64,000 nucleotides of DNA, taken from NCBI RefSeq assembly GCF_964245445.1, contig NZ_CAXTNE010000006.1, positions 3,909-67,908 on the forward strand, in the 5' to 3' direction. The notes under the pieces were generated by a model. It saw only the letters and a list, made by a program, of their open reading frames with translations. It ran no database searches and was not told the DNA's origin. Position numbers and translations under genes: made by a program. The stretch comes from an uncultured Nostoc sp. (GTDB taxonomy: Bacteria > Cyanobacteriota > Cyanobacteriia > Cyanobacteriales > Nostocaceae). Positions 38,601 to 46,921 of the stretch are shown one piece after another. Numbering within the stretch: position 1 is the stretch's first letter; every line of letters begins with the position of its first letter.

Positions 38601-39770
38601 CTCCCACTTACACCTAATGGCAAAGTAGATAAGCGTTCTCTGCCAATTGATGAAGTTATCCGATCAACTACTATCCAATCATTTGTTGCTCCTCGGAATT
38701 TTACAGAATTATCATTAGTAAAACTTTGGGAAAATCTCCTAAATACTAACCCTATTGGGGTAACAGATAACTTCTTCGACTTGGGTGGTCACTCGTTTTT
38801 AGCTGTACGCTTAATGGCTCAAATTCATGACAGATTCGAGCATAATCTTCCCTTGTCTACTCTTTTTGAAAACCCGACAATTGAAAAACTAGCAAGCATT
38901 GTCAGTCAGCCAGCCCGTCAGAGTTCTAATTCTCCTCTAGTAGCAATTAATTCTTCTGGTTCTAAGATACCTTTTTTCTGTATGCATGGTGCTGGTGGAG
39001 GTATTAGTCACTATTTTAATTTATCCCGAAGACTTGGTGAAGATTATCAATTTTACGCTTTGGAAGATACCTTAGAACAAGACAAACCAGAAATTATTTC
39101 AGTAGAAGAGACAGCAACTCGCTACCTCCAAGAAATTCGTAAAATACAACCAAATGGCCCTTATCTTTTAGGTGGTCATTGTTATGGCGGTGTACTTGCT
39201 TTTGAAATAGCGCAACAATTACAAAATAAGGGTCAAACAGTAAGTTTATTAGTTGTCATCGATGCCATACTATCAGAAACACCCATTGAATCTACAGACG
39301 ATGACGATGCAAAATTTTTACTCCGCATCGCTGAATCAATAAAAACCGATAATAATATAGACTTTGTAGTACCTTTTGAAGAACTTCGAGATTTGCCATT
39401 AAATCAGCAACTTCATTTTATTAATCAAAAAGCAAAGTTCATCTTTAGCGATACAGAAATTAACGATTTTCTTCACCATTACAATCTGTTTAAAGCTCAT
39501 GTCCAAGCTATGCGAGGTTATATTCCGCAGATTTATCCAAAAAAAATGACTTTATTCCGAGCAAAGGAGGAAATAATCCATGATTTTGAAAGCCCTGAAT
39601 GGAATACCGACGATCCATTTCTAGGTTGGGAGAAATTTTCAAATCAACCTATACAAATAATTGAAATTCCAGGCGACCATTTTTCAATTTTCGTAGAACC
39701 TTATATTGAAGAATTAGCTAAACGTTTGAAAATTTGTATCGATCATGCTGTGTGCGATCTAAATAATTAA
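35664..39770 (+). CDS. Terminal NRPS C-A(beta-Ala)-T-TE
   Basis: C MHHIITDGWS. A domain SFVDSVWE has Val at the usual Asp235 position; code by eye VDWIISFANK is close to the beta-Ala code VDWVISLADK. T GGHS; TE GGHCYGG and GDHFS. Confidence 0.93.
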   Translation: MDKQDFNLSPAKKALLEKWKRGNIQADIIPKRQVFKNIPLSFSQQRLWFIDQLYHGSSFYNIPIAFHIKGQLNIKVLQQSLNEILKRHEVWRTTFSVVNGEPVQEIAPQLTWDLPIINLEHLSGKDWESEVKQLVAESAKKPFNLAKGLLVRATLLRLSEEEHILLVTMHHIITDGWSCSVFLRELSMLYAAFLTNQPSPLPELPIQYADFAIWQRDRIQGEFLATQLNYWKQQLKAELPVLQLPTYRPRPKVTTFSGAKQYFTFSKALTDVLRQLSQREDATLFMSLLAAFNILLYCYTDQEDILIGSPIANRNRAELEGMLGLFVNTLVLRNNLSGNPSFREFLHRVREVTLDAYAHQDLPFEMLVEKLQPERHLSRNPLYEIMFVLQNTPTSVQEVSGLTLRTLEFDSGTAQLDIFLSISESQEGLTGSLEYNTDIFDSTMITQFINNFQTLLGNIVDNPEQRISELSLLTASEQEQLLFKFNQTSADYPQDTSLHQLFEQQVELTPDSLALISQSEKLTYRQLNHKVNQLAHYLQKQGVTKETLVALCVERSIEIVTGILAILKAGGAYIPLDPSYPVERLNFMLSDSQASLLITKQEILEKLSLSSAKTVCLDIQKDEIAQESSENPINIYLFDNLDNLAYIIYTSGSTGTPKGVLGTHRGTVNGLHWLWKTYPFTQGEVCCQKTATSFVDSVWEIFAPLLQGIPTVIISNATILDPQLFIEALAHHKVSRIILVPSLLGLLVDNYSHLTKKLSQLKLWITSGETLSINLAKTFRELMPFVKLINFYGSSEVSANATYYDTSLLQEQASSVPIGSAIDNTQIYVLNRDLKLTPIGVIAELYIGGDGLAKGYLHRPELTQEKFIDNPFVPGTKLYKTGDFVRHLNDGSLEYLGRQDEQVKIRGFRVELDEITAAIAQHPDVQESVVIASNDAQENQRLIAYVVTNKQDLTTQLLSYLQHQLPNYMLPSAFVVLDKLPLTPNGKVDKRSLPIDEVIRSTTIQSFVAPRNFTELSLVKLWENLLNTNPIGVTDNFFDLGGHSFLAVRLMAQIHDRFEHNLPLSTLFENPTIEKLASIVSQPARQSSNSPLVAINSSGSKIPFFCMHGAGGGISHYFNLSRRLGEDYQFYALEDTLEQDKPEIISVEETATRYLQEIRKIQPNGPYLLGGHCYGGVLAFEIAQQLQNKGQTVSLLVVIDAILSETPIESTDDDDAKFLLRIAESIKTDNNIDFVVPFEELRDLPLNQQLHFINQKAKFIFSDTEINDFLHHYNLFKAHVQAMRGYIPQIYPKKMTLFRAKEEIIHDFESPEWNTDDPFLGWEKFSNQPIQIIEIPGDHFSIFVEPYIEELAKRLKICIDHAVCDLNN

Positions 39771-39788
39771 TGGGAGTGAAAAAAGCTG

Positions 39789-41129
39789 ATGAAACTACCT
39801 CCAGGACCGAAAACTCCTTCTTGGTTGATAGCTCTACAATTTAAGGCTGATCCCTTTGGCTATATGGATACTATTTCCAAACGTTATGGTGATATTGTCA
39901 CTTTAATGTTTGGCTTTACACCAAGAATTTATATCAGTAATCCTTCAGCAATAAAGGAGATTTTTACAAATACCAAGGAAATTGTAGCTGGGGGTGAGTT
40001 GAACCCGGAGTTCGTCTTGATGACAGGAAATCAAGGAGTTCTCCAACTTGATGGTTTAATTCACAAAAATCGACGCAAACTGTTAATGCAGAGTTTTCAT
40101 GGAGCGCGGATGCAAGCCTGTGGGCAACGTATATGCGAACTTACAGAAAAAATTATCAGTCAACAGGCAGTCGCAAAGCATTTTGTTGCATACCCAATAA
40201 TTGAAGATATTACCTTGCGAGTGGGTATAGAAGTTGTAATGGGTTTATATAGAGGAGAGCGCTATGACAAAATTAAGCATTTATTTGTGTCTGCACTTAG
40301 ACATGGAGAATCTCCAGTAAATAAGATTCTTAGCAATATTTTTGGAGAAAGAGATTTAGGTCGATGGAGTCCATATGGTTCTCTCCTTCACCTTCGACAA
40401 CAACTTTTTCAATTGCTATTGAGTGAGGTGGAAGAACGTCGCAAGCAAGCAGATTTTTCACGCGTTGATATGATTAGCGATCTGATATTTGCTAAAGATG
40501 AAACAGGTCAACCACTAAGTAATGAAGAAGTACGCGACCTCTTATTATCGCCTATATTTGCAGCTGGTGATGCTTCCGGAACTGCGATCGCTTGGTCTTT
40601 GTACTGGATTCACCGTTTACCTTATATTCATCATCGCCTGCTATCAGAACTAGACAGCCTTGGTGAAAACCCAGATCCCATGAGCATTGTTGCACTACCC
40701 TACCTCAGCGCAGTTTGTAATGAAGCCTTACGAATTTACCCAACTCAGTTGTTTACATTTCCCAGGCTGGTAGAGTCTCCAGTCGAGGTGATGGGTTACA
40801 AGTTGAATCCTGGTACAATAGTTATTGGTAATATTTATTCCACTCATCAACGCGAAGATTTATACCTTAATCCAAAAGAATTTCAGCCAGAGCGCTTTTT
40901 AGAAAAACAATTTTCTCCCTACGAATTTTTCCCATTTGGTGGCGGCTCTCGGGTTTGTATTGGCGGGACTTTTGCTCTATTTGAAATGAAACTTATATTA
41001 GCAACTATTCTTTCCCGTTATGAATTAGAGCTAGTTAGTCAGCGCCCAGAACGTCCCAAATTTGGAGGTCTAATTTGTTACCCAGCTAGCGGCGTCAAGA
41101 TGGCCGTGCGTGGTCTGCGTCAACATTAA
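39789..41129 (+). CDS. Cytochrome P450 (CYP110-like)
   Basis: KLPPGP N-terminus, EALR (ExxR), PERF, heme motif FGGGSRVCIG. Confidence 0.95.
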   Translation: MKLPPGPKTPSWLIALQFKADPFGYMDTISKRYGDIVTLMFGFTPRIYISNPSAIKEIFTNTKEIVAGGELNPEFVLMTGNQGVLQLDGLIHKNRRKLLMQSFHGARMQACGQRICELTEKIISQQAVAKHFVAYPIIEDITLRVGIEVVMGLYRGERYDKIKHLFVSALRHGESPVNKILSNIFGERDLGRWSPYGSLLHLRQQLFQLLLSEVEERRKQADFSRVDMISDLIFAKDETGQPLSNEEVRDLLLSPIFAAGDASGTAIAWSLYWIHRLPYIHHRLLSELDSLGENPDPMSIVALPYLSAVCNEALRIYPTQLFTFPRLVESPVEVMGYKLNPGTIVIGNIYSTHQREDLYLNPKEFQPERFLEKQFSPYEFFPFGGGSRVCIGGTFALFEMKLILATILSRYELELVSQRPERPKFGGLICYPASGVKMAVRGLRQH

Positions 41130-41215
41130 CGACAGTCATAGCCATCGATTGCTGACTTAGTTTAAAACCTATCTTAAAACCTATCAATTATTTAACATTT
41201 CTCAGAAAAATACCA

Positions 41216-42550
41216 ATGAAACTACCTGATGGCCCAAAAACTTCTCGCCGATTACTCAGTCAATTTGAGACTGATCCCCTTACCTTCATGGATACTATGG
41301 GCGATCGCTATGGCGACATTTTCACTATTATGGCTGATTCAATACCTCTAGTAATAATCAGCAACCCAGAAGGGATGAAGCAGATTTTTACTAATGCAAA
41401 AGAGATTACAGCTTCTGGTAAGTTGAATCAAGGTGGAGAATCAATTGTCGGCAAGAATGGGTTGCTTGCACTAGATGGGTTGCGTCACAGAAATCGCCGT
41501 AAGTTGTTGATGTCACCGATGCGCGAAACTCAGACACAAGAATATGGACAGCATATTTGTAGAGTCACAGAAAAAGTTATGAATCAACTGACTTTAGGTA
41601 AATCTTTTCTTGCTTATCCCACTATGCAAAAGATTACCCTAGAAGTAGTTTTGCCATCATTATTTGGGTTACATCAAGGAGAGCGTTACGAACAATTTCG
41701 ACAACTGTTTTCTAATCTAATAAGTTACGCTCGGTCTCGCTGGCTGGACATCTCTCTGTCCTATCCTTTTCTAAAGAGGGATTTGGGTCCCTGGAGTCCT
41801 TGGGGATACTGGCTTCACTTACAACGACAATTTGACAAACTGCTCCACATCGAAATTGAAGAGCGTCACCAACAAGTAAATGCTTTGCGTACCGATGTAT
41901 TATCAGAACTGGTATTTGCTTACGATGAAACTGGTCAAGCAATGACCTATGAATATATACGAGATTTGTTTCCATCATTGCTATTTGGTGGTCAAGATGC
42001 GTCAGCCACTGCTATAAGTTGGTCTTTGTACTGGATTCATAGTACACCTGGTGTTCGCGATCGCTTATTAGAAGAACTTGACAGTCTTGGTGAATCCCTA
42101 GAACCTGGGAAGATTATTGCATTACCTTACTTAAATGCTGTTTGTAATGAATCCCTACGAATTTATCCAACTCAGGTTGTGACATTTCCACGACTTGTAG
42201 AATTACCAATTGAAGTCATGGACTACAAATTAGACCCAGGTACCGTAGTAAGAGGATGTATATACTTAACTCATCAACGAGAGGATTTATATCCACAACC
42301 AAAGCAATTCAGACCAGAGCGCTTTCTAGAAAAAGAATATTCTCCCTATGAGTTTCTACCATTTGGTGGTGGCGCTCGTCGCTGTCCAGGTGAGTTATTA
42401 GCACTTTTTGAAATGAAACTGGTATTAGCAACAATTCTCTCACGCTATCAATTAGCGTTAGCAGATAAAAGAGTAGAGAAACCTAAGGCTAGGGGCGTTA
42501 ACTATCCTCCTGCTAGTGGCTTGAAGATGGTAATGCTTGGGTCACGGTAA
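41216..42550 (+). CDS. Cytochrome P450 (CYP110-like), tandem paralogue
   Basis: KLPDGP, ESLR, PERF, heme motif FGGGARRCPG. Confidence 0.95.
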   Translation: MKLPDGPKTSRRLLSQFETDPLTFMDTMGDRYGDIFTIMADSIPLVIISNPEGMKQIFTNAKEITASGKLNQGGESIVGKNGLLALDGLRHRNRRKLLMSPMRETQTQEYGQHICRVTEKVMNQLTLGKSFLAYPTMQKITLEVVLPSLFGLHQGERYEQFRQLFSNLISYARSRWLDISLSYPFLKRDLGPWSPWGYWLHLQRQFDKLLHIEIEERHQQVNALRTDVLSELVFAYDETGQAMTYEYIRDLFPSLLFGGQDASATAISWSLYWIHSTPGVRDRLLEELDSLGESLEPGKIIALPYLNAVCNESLRIYPTQVVTFPRLVELPIEVMDYKLDPGTVVRGCIYLTHQREDLYPQPKQFRPERFLEKEYSPYEFLPFGGGARRCPGELLALFEMKLVLATILSRYQLALADKRVEKPKARGVNYPPASGLKMVMLGSR

Positions 42551-42568
42551 TAAGTAAATAAATTAAAA

Positions 42569-43945
42569 ATGACTTCACAAAACCAATCTAAAATAAAAAA
42601 GGAGATCCTTCAAGGTAACATCTTAAAACTGATGTTCAAGTTATCAGCCCCTGGCATTCTAGTAATGCTGCTGATTAATATGAATGCTTTTATTGATGCT
42701 CTATTTGCTGGGCAGTTTATAGGAGAAACAGCAATTGCTGGCATATCTTTATCTCTACCACTTACTGCTATCATCGATGGTTTTGCTTACTTAGTTGGAA
42801 CAGGTTCAGCTTCTGTCCTGAGCCAAGCTATTGGTGCTGGAGATATAAAAACTCAGTCCAAAATATTTGGCAATTTAATTATAATGGGTATTTTTATATC
42901 CTTTTTTATTACTATAATTGGCTACAGTTTTAGTGAAGAATTAATTAAATTAATGGGAGGAAGTGGTCAAGTAGCTTTTGTCGGTTCTGAATACTTTAAA
43001 ACTTATATGCTAGGCGCAGTATTTTATATTTTAGCAGTAGCTTCCAACCAACTTATTAAGTCAGAAGGTAAAGTTAGATTAGCTATGACTTTTGCAGGTA
43101 TTTATGTCATTATTAATATAATTTTAAATCCTATATTTGTTGTAGTTTTTCATTGGGGTATCCGGGGAATTGCTCTTGCTACTGTTATTGCTATGATAGT
43201 ATTTTGTATAATAAACTTTATATACTTCTTATCTGGTAAAAGTTCTATTCCAGTGAATCCTAGAAAGCTGGCTCTAGCAATAAATTTACTTCCGAGAATT
43301 TTATCAGTGGGAATGTCAGCATTACTCGCTAATGTTATGGAATTAGTTCAAAATTTTGTTGTTTTTAAATCTATCTCCTATTACGGAACAAATAGTGATA
43401 TTGCTTTCTACGGAGCAACTATAAGATTGACTTTATTAGCATTCATTCCTTTAAATGGATTTGTGCAAGCATTACAACCAGTGATTGGCATAAATTATGG
43501 AGCCAAAAATTATGATAGACTGAAAAAAGCTTATTTTACTTTTATTATTTCTGTGACTGCTTTAGCTGTGTTATTTTGGTTGCCAATGCAATTATCACCA
43601 GAAATATTTTTAAGTTGGCTATTGCCAAATTCGACTTTCACAAACAATGATTTACTCAATTTTCGCGTTTTGAGTTTATTAATACCAACAATAGCTTTTG
43701 TTCCCTTTGGTTCAGTTTTATTTCAGTCTATAGGAAAGGGTAAAACTGTTTCTATAATAATTATTTTAAATAATCTAGTTTTATTTATTCCATTAGTGGT
43801 TATTTTATCAAATTTACTAGGTGTTAGTGGTGTATATTATGGAATAGCTATAACAGACTTTTTACTGATGATTATTGCACTTCTGTTAACATTTATTGAA
43901 TTCAAAAAAATGAATATAAATCATCTCAAAGATAATCATTATTAA
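42569..43945 (+). CDS. MATE family efflux transporter
   Basis: About 12 hydrophobic segments; IDALFAGQFIG, SQAIGAGD, NIILNPIF, GIRGIALAT, QPVIGINYGAKNYDR. Confidence 0.9.
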   Translation: MTSQNQSKIKKEILQGNILKLMFKLSAPGILVMLLINMNAFIDALFAGQFIGETAIAGISLSLPLTAIIDGFAYLVGTGSASVLSQAIGAGDIKTQSKIFGNLIIMGIFISFFITIIGYSFSEELIKLMGGSGQVAFVGSEYFKTYMLGAVFYILAVASNQLIKSEGKVRLAMTFAGIYVIINIILNPIFVVVFHWGIRGIALATVIAMIVFCIINFIYFLSGKSSIPVNPRKLALAINLLPRILSVGMSALLANVMELVQNFVVFKSISYYGTNSDIAFYGATIRLTLLAFIPLNGFVQALQPVIGINYGAKNYDRLKKAYFTFIISVTALAVLFWLPMQLSPEIFLSWLLPNSTFTNNDLLNFRVLSLLIPTIAFVPFGSVLFQSIGKGKTVSIIIILNNLVLFIPLVVILSNLLGVSGVYYGIAITDFLLMIIALLLTFIEFKKMNINHLKDNHY

Positions 43946-44027
43946 ACTATCAATATAATTCCAATTGTATTCATTTTAAATTGTAGTTCTCACACATGCA
44001 TATTTATTCACTATAAAGGTCACAAAA

Positions 44028-44906
44028 ATGCCTCTAAAACATAAAGGTGCTATCGTAATTACAGGAGCATCAACAGGTGTAGGCAGAGCAGCAGCTCTTA
44101 TGCTTGACAAAAAAGGATATCGAGTGTTTGCATCAGTCCGTAAAGAAAAAGATGCTGAATCTCTCAAGAGTGATTCCTCCGAGAATTTGACACCGATTTT
44201 CATGGATATTACAAAAGCAGAAGAAATCAAATCTGCCGCAGATATTGTTTCAAAATCTATTCCTGATGAAGGATTAGTAGGATTAGTAAATAATGCTGGT
44301 CTGTTAGTTGATGGGCCACTGGAGTTTATTTCGCTTGATGATCTGAGATGGCAATTTGAAGTCAATGTTTTTGGGCAAATAGCAGTGACGCAGGAATTTT
44401 TACCGTTAATCCGAAAAGTTAAAGGTCGGATTATTAATATTGGCTCTATCGGAGGAGTAATTTCTGGACCATATATCTCTGCTTTGTGTGCTTCCAAGTT
44501 TGCGTTAGAGGCATTTACCGATGCTCTGAGAATAGAATTACATCCTTGGGGAATCGAAGTTATCTTAATTGAACCAGGCTCAATTGCATCTGCGGCTCCG
44601 GATAAAGTAGAAGAAAGCTTTAGAAAAAATTTTGCCAATATGTCACCTGATGCTAAAGCAATGTATGGAGATACATATAAACTTTTTGTAGAAGATTTAA
44701 TTCAATCAAATCGTGAAGGGATGCCGCCGGAACAAGTTGCAGATGCAATTATAAAGGCTTTAGAAGTCAGGAAGCCTAAAACACGTTATTTCTTATCTAA
44801 GGGGCAGCTAGGTTTAATGCTTGAACTAGTGCTGAAAAAATTTACACCAGACCGTAGTTATGATGCAATGATTATAAAAAGTTTGAATTTAAAACATCAG
44901 ATTTGA
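44028..44906 (+). CDS. Short-chain dehydrogenase/reductase with atypical catalytic motif
   Basis: TGASTGVG, LVNNAG, EVNVFG, IEPGSI; the YxxxK position reads LCASK. Confidence 0.9.
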   Translation: MPLKHKGAIVITGASTGVGRAAALMLDKKGYRVFASVRKEKDAESLKSDSSENLTPIFMDITKAEEIKSAADIVSKSIPDEGLVGLVNNAGLLVDGPLEFISLDDLRWQFEVNVFGQIAVTQEFLPLIRKVKGRIINIGSIGGVISGPYISALCASKFALEAFTDALRIELHPWGIEVILIEPGSIASAAPDKVEESFRKNFANMSPDAKAMYGDTYKLFVEDLIQSNREGMPPEQVADAIIKALEVRKPKTRYFLSKGQLGLMLELVLKKFTPDRSYDAMIIKSLNLKHQI

Positions 44907-45005
44907 ATTCATTATTGTGCATTTTATCCGGTTGAATACTCAAATCATAAGTATATCACTGGAATATTACAGACAATCAACACTTAGTTAATTCACTTCA
45001 AAATC

Positions 45006-46046
45006 ATGATTTCATCTGATTCAAAACCTAATAATACAGACTTTCAAATCAGTCCGATAGAATGGGTACATGCTTACTGGGTTTCACGGTGTATCTATGT
45101 CGTCGCTAAACTTGGTATTGCTGATTTGCTAAAGGATGGTTCTCAACATTGCGATATTTTAGCTGCTGCAACAAATACGCATAGTGATTCTCTATATCGA
45201 GTTTTGCGGGCGATCGCCAGTATCGGAATTTTTGCGGAGACACAAACTCGATGCTTTGAGCTAACACCATTGGCAGATTGTTTACAAAGCAACGTTCCTG
45301 ACTCAATTCGTGCTATGGCTATTTTCCGAGGTGAAGAGCATTACTATAAATCCTGGGGAAATTTAATGTATTGCTTACAAACTGGTAAAAGTGCCTTTGA
45401 AGATTTGTATGGTATGGATTTGTTTGAATACAATGAACAGAATTCCAGCCGAGGAGAAATCTTCGACCAGGCTATGACTTCATCAAAAGATTCTTATACC
45501 GAACACCTGGAAGCTTATGATTTTTCGTCAATTAATAAGCTAATAGACGTTGGTGGTGGTAAAGGGAGCTTTTTAGCTGCTGTACTCGAAGCTAATCCTA
45601 CTATGATAGGAGTATTGTTCGATCAGGCAGAAGTGATTAATAGAGCCAAGGATTCACAAGAAATAGCATCCGTTATTAGTCGTTGTCAGCTTGTAGGAGG
45701 TAGCTTTTTTGAAGCTCTGCCACAAGGAGGAGATGCTTATGTTCTTAAACATATTATTCAGGACTGGGATGACGAGCGATCGCTTGCTATTCTTCAACGT
45801 TGTCATCAAGCCATGATAGAGCAAGGACGGGTTTTAGTGATAGACTACGTACTTCCTCCTGCTAACGAGTTTTCAGGAAGCAAGTTTATAGATGTCAACA
45901 TGTTAGTAATGTGTCCAGGTGGACGTATTCGTACTGAAGCTGAGTTTGAAGATTTATTTAAATCAGCAGGTTTCAAACTTACTAAAATTTATCCAACACA
46001 ATCGGATGTTAGTATTATTGAAGGAGTTAAAATAGATATCAATTAA
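45006..46046 (+). CDS. Family-2 O-methyltransferase-fold SAM methyltransferase with dimerisation domain
   Basis: AKLGIADLL dimerisation region, LIDVGGGKG, GSFFEALP, KHIIQDW, GGRIRTEAEF. Confidence 0.9.
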   Translation: MISSDSKPNNTDFQISPIEWVHAYWVSRCIYVVAKLGIADLLKDGSQHCDILAAATNTHSDSLYRVLRAIASIGIFAETQTRCFELTPLADCLQSNVPDSIRAMAIFRGEEHYYKSWGNLMYCLQTGKSAFEDLYGMDLFEYNEQNSSRGEIFDQAMTSSKDSYTEHLEAYDFSSINKLIDVGGGKGSFLAAVLEANPTMIGVLFDQAEVINRAKDSQEIASVISRCQLVGGSFFEALPQGGDAYVLKHIIQDWDDERSLAILQRCHQAMIEQGRVLVIDYVLPPANEFSGSKFIDVNMLVMCPGGRIRTEAEFEDLFKSAGFKLTKIYPTQSDVSIIEGVKIDIN

Positions 46047-46921
46047 TAATGAAGAATGCTGAGTTAAAAGTGCTGAATTCTGAGTTGAAAGACAACCCAT
46101 AAACAGAAAGAATGCTATCCCTGTTTTGTCACTATAGGCAGAGGGAAAATAGAAATCAGGGTGAGTTAGGAAAATAAAAATTGAACTAGTGAGGTTATAA
46201 ATAATAGATTGAAGTTTAGAAAACTCCAAGGACAATTGGGGAATAGGAAAAACTGTTAACCAGGGATATATTAACCCAAGTTGCGGGTTATCAAATACAA
46301 ATTTACTGCAGTTGTAATAATTTCTGCGTCGCTCACCTCACGGCGACAATCTTCATCATGTCCAATCGCTTTTAATAAGTCGTCAGTCATAGCATAGATG
46401 GTAATTATCTCATTAAGCATATTCCCCTCCTACTTTTCTCTCTGGAGGGGATTTTATTGCTTAAATTCCCCCATGCGATCGCCTGAATATATAACTAGCA
46501 ACTTGAGTTAATAAATTTACAACTTGAAGCAGGTATTATTTGCAATTAAACTCGCAGAAAGATGACTGTTAGAATGCATCCTGATGCATTGGCATTGTAA
46601 GGAGACGCATTAACAATGCGACCGACGCATTGGCATTGCAAGGGATTGCCAAATTTAATTCGCTACGAATTAATGAAATGCTGTACTTAACAAGCCAAGG
46701 TTAAGACTGCAACCTAAAACTTGAGTTTATTGAGCTTAGTGAAACCCCAGAACAAGCCCGAAAGCTGGCAAAAATAGTGTGATTGACGTAGAGATATCAA
46801 GCAGCAATTGGGAAAGGAAACTACTACCTTGAATTGGGTATAACCCGTATGCTCTATGGCTTCAAGTCACTTTTCTAGATTTTATAATGTAAGTAAGACT
46901 TAAAAATAACGCTTCAATTAT

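Larger units (their letters stand above)
1..46046 (+). other. Hybrid NRPS/type I PKS biosynthetic gene cluster (3' part; extends beyond the left edge)
   Basis: 18 consecutive + strand genes with short or overlapping junctions (ATGA overlaps at 5013-5016 and 15480-15483), encoding C/A/T/E/TE and KS/AT/KR/ACP domains plus precursor, tailoring and export genes. Confidence 0.97.

Noticed and set aside
41162-41185. 12-bp tandem duplication TTAAAACCTATC between the P450 genes
   Set aside because: Probably replication slippage; no evidence of function.
43976-44638. 220-aa minus-strand ORF
   Set aside because: Entirely antisense to the SDR with no recognisable motifs; long antisense frames are common opposite SDR genes.
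46583-46643. Mini CRISPR array
   Set aside because: Only two imperfect 20-bp units with a 21-bp gap and no cas genes.
46675-46690. LexA box upstream of the RemA/SPL pair
   Set aside because: Only a half match to the cyanobacterial RGTAC-N3-DGTWC consensus and far from the start codon.
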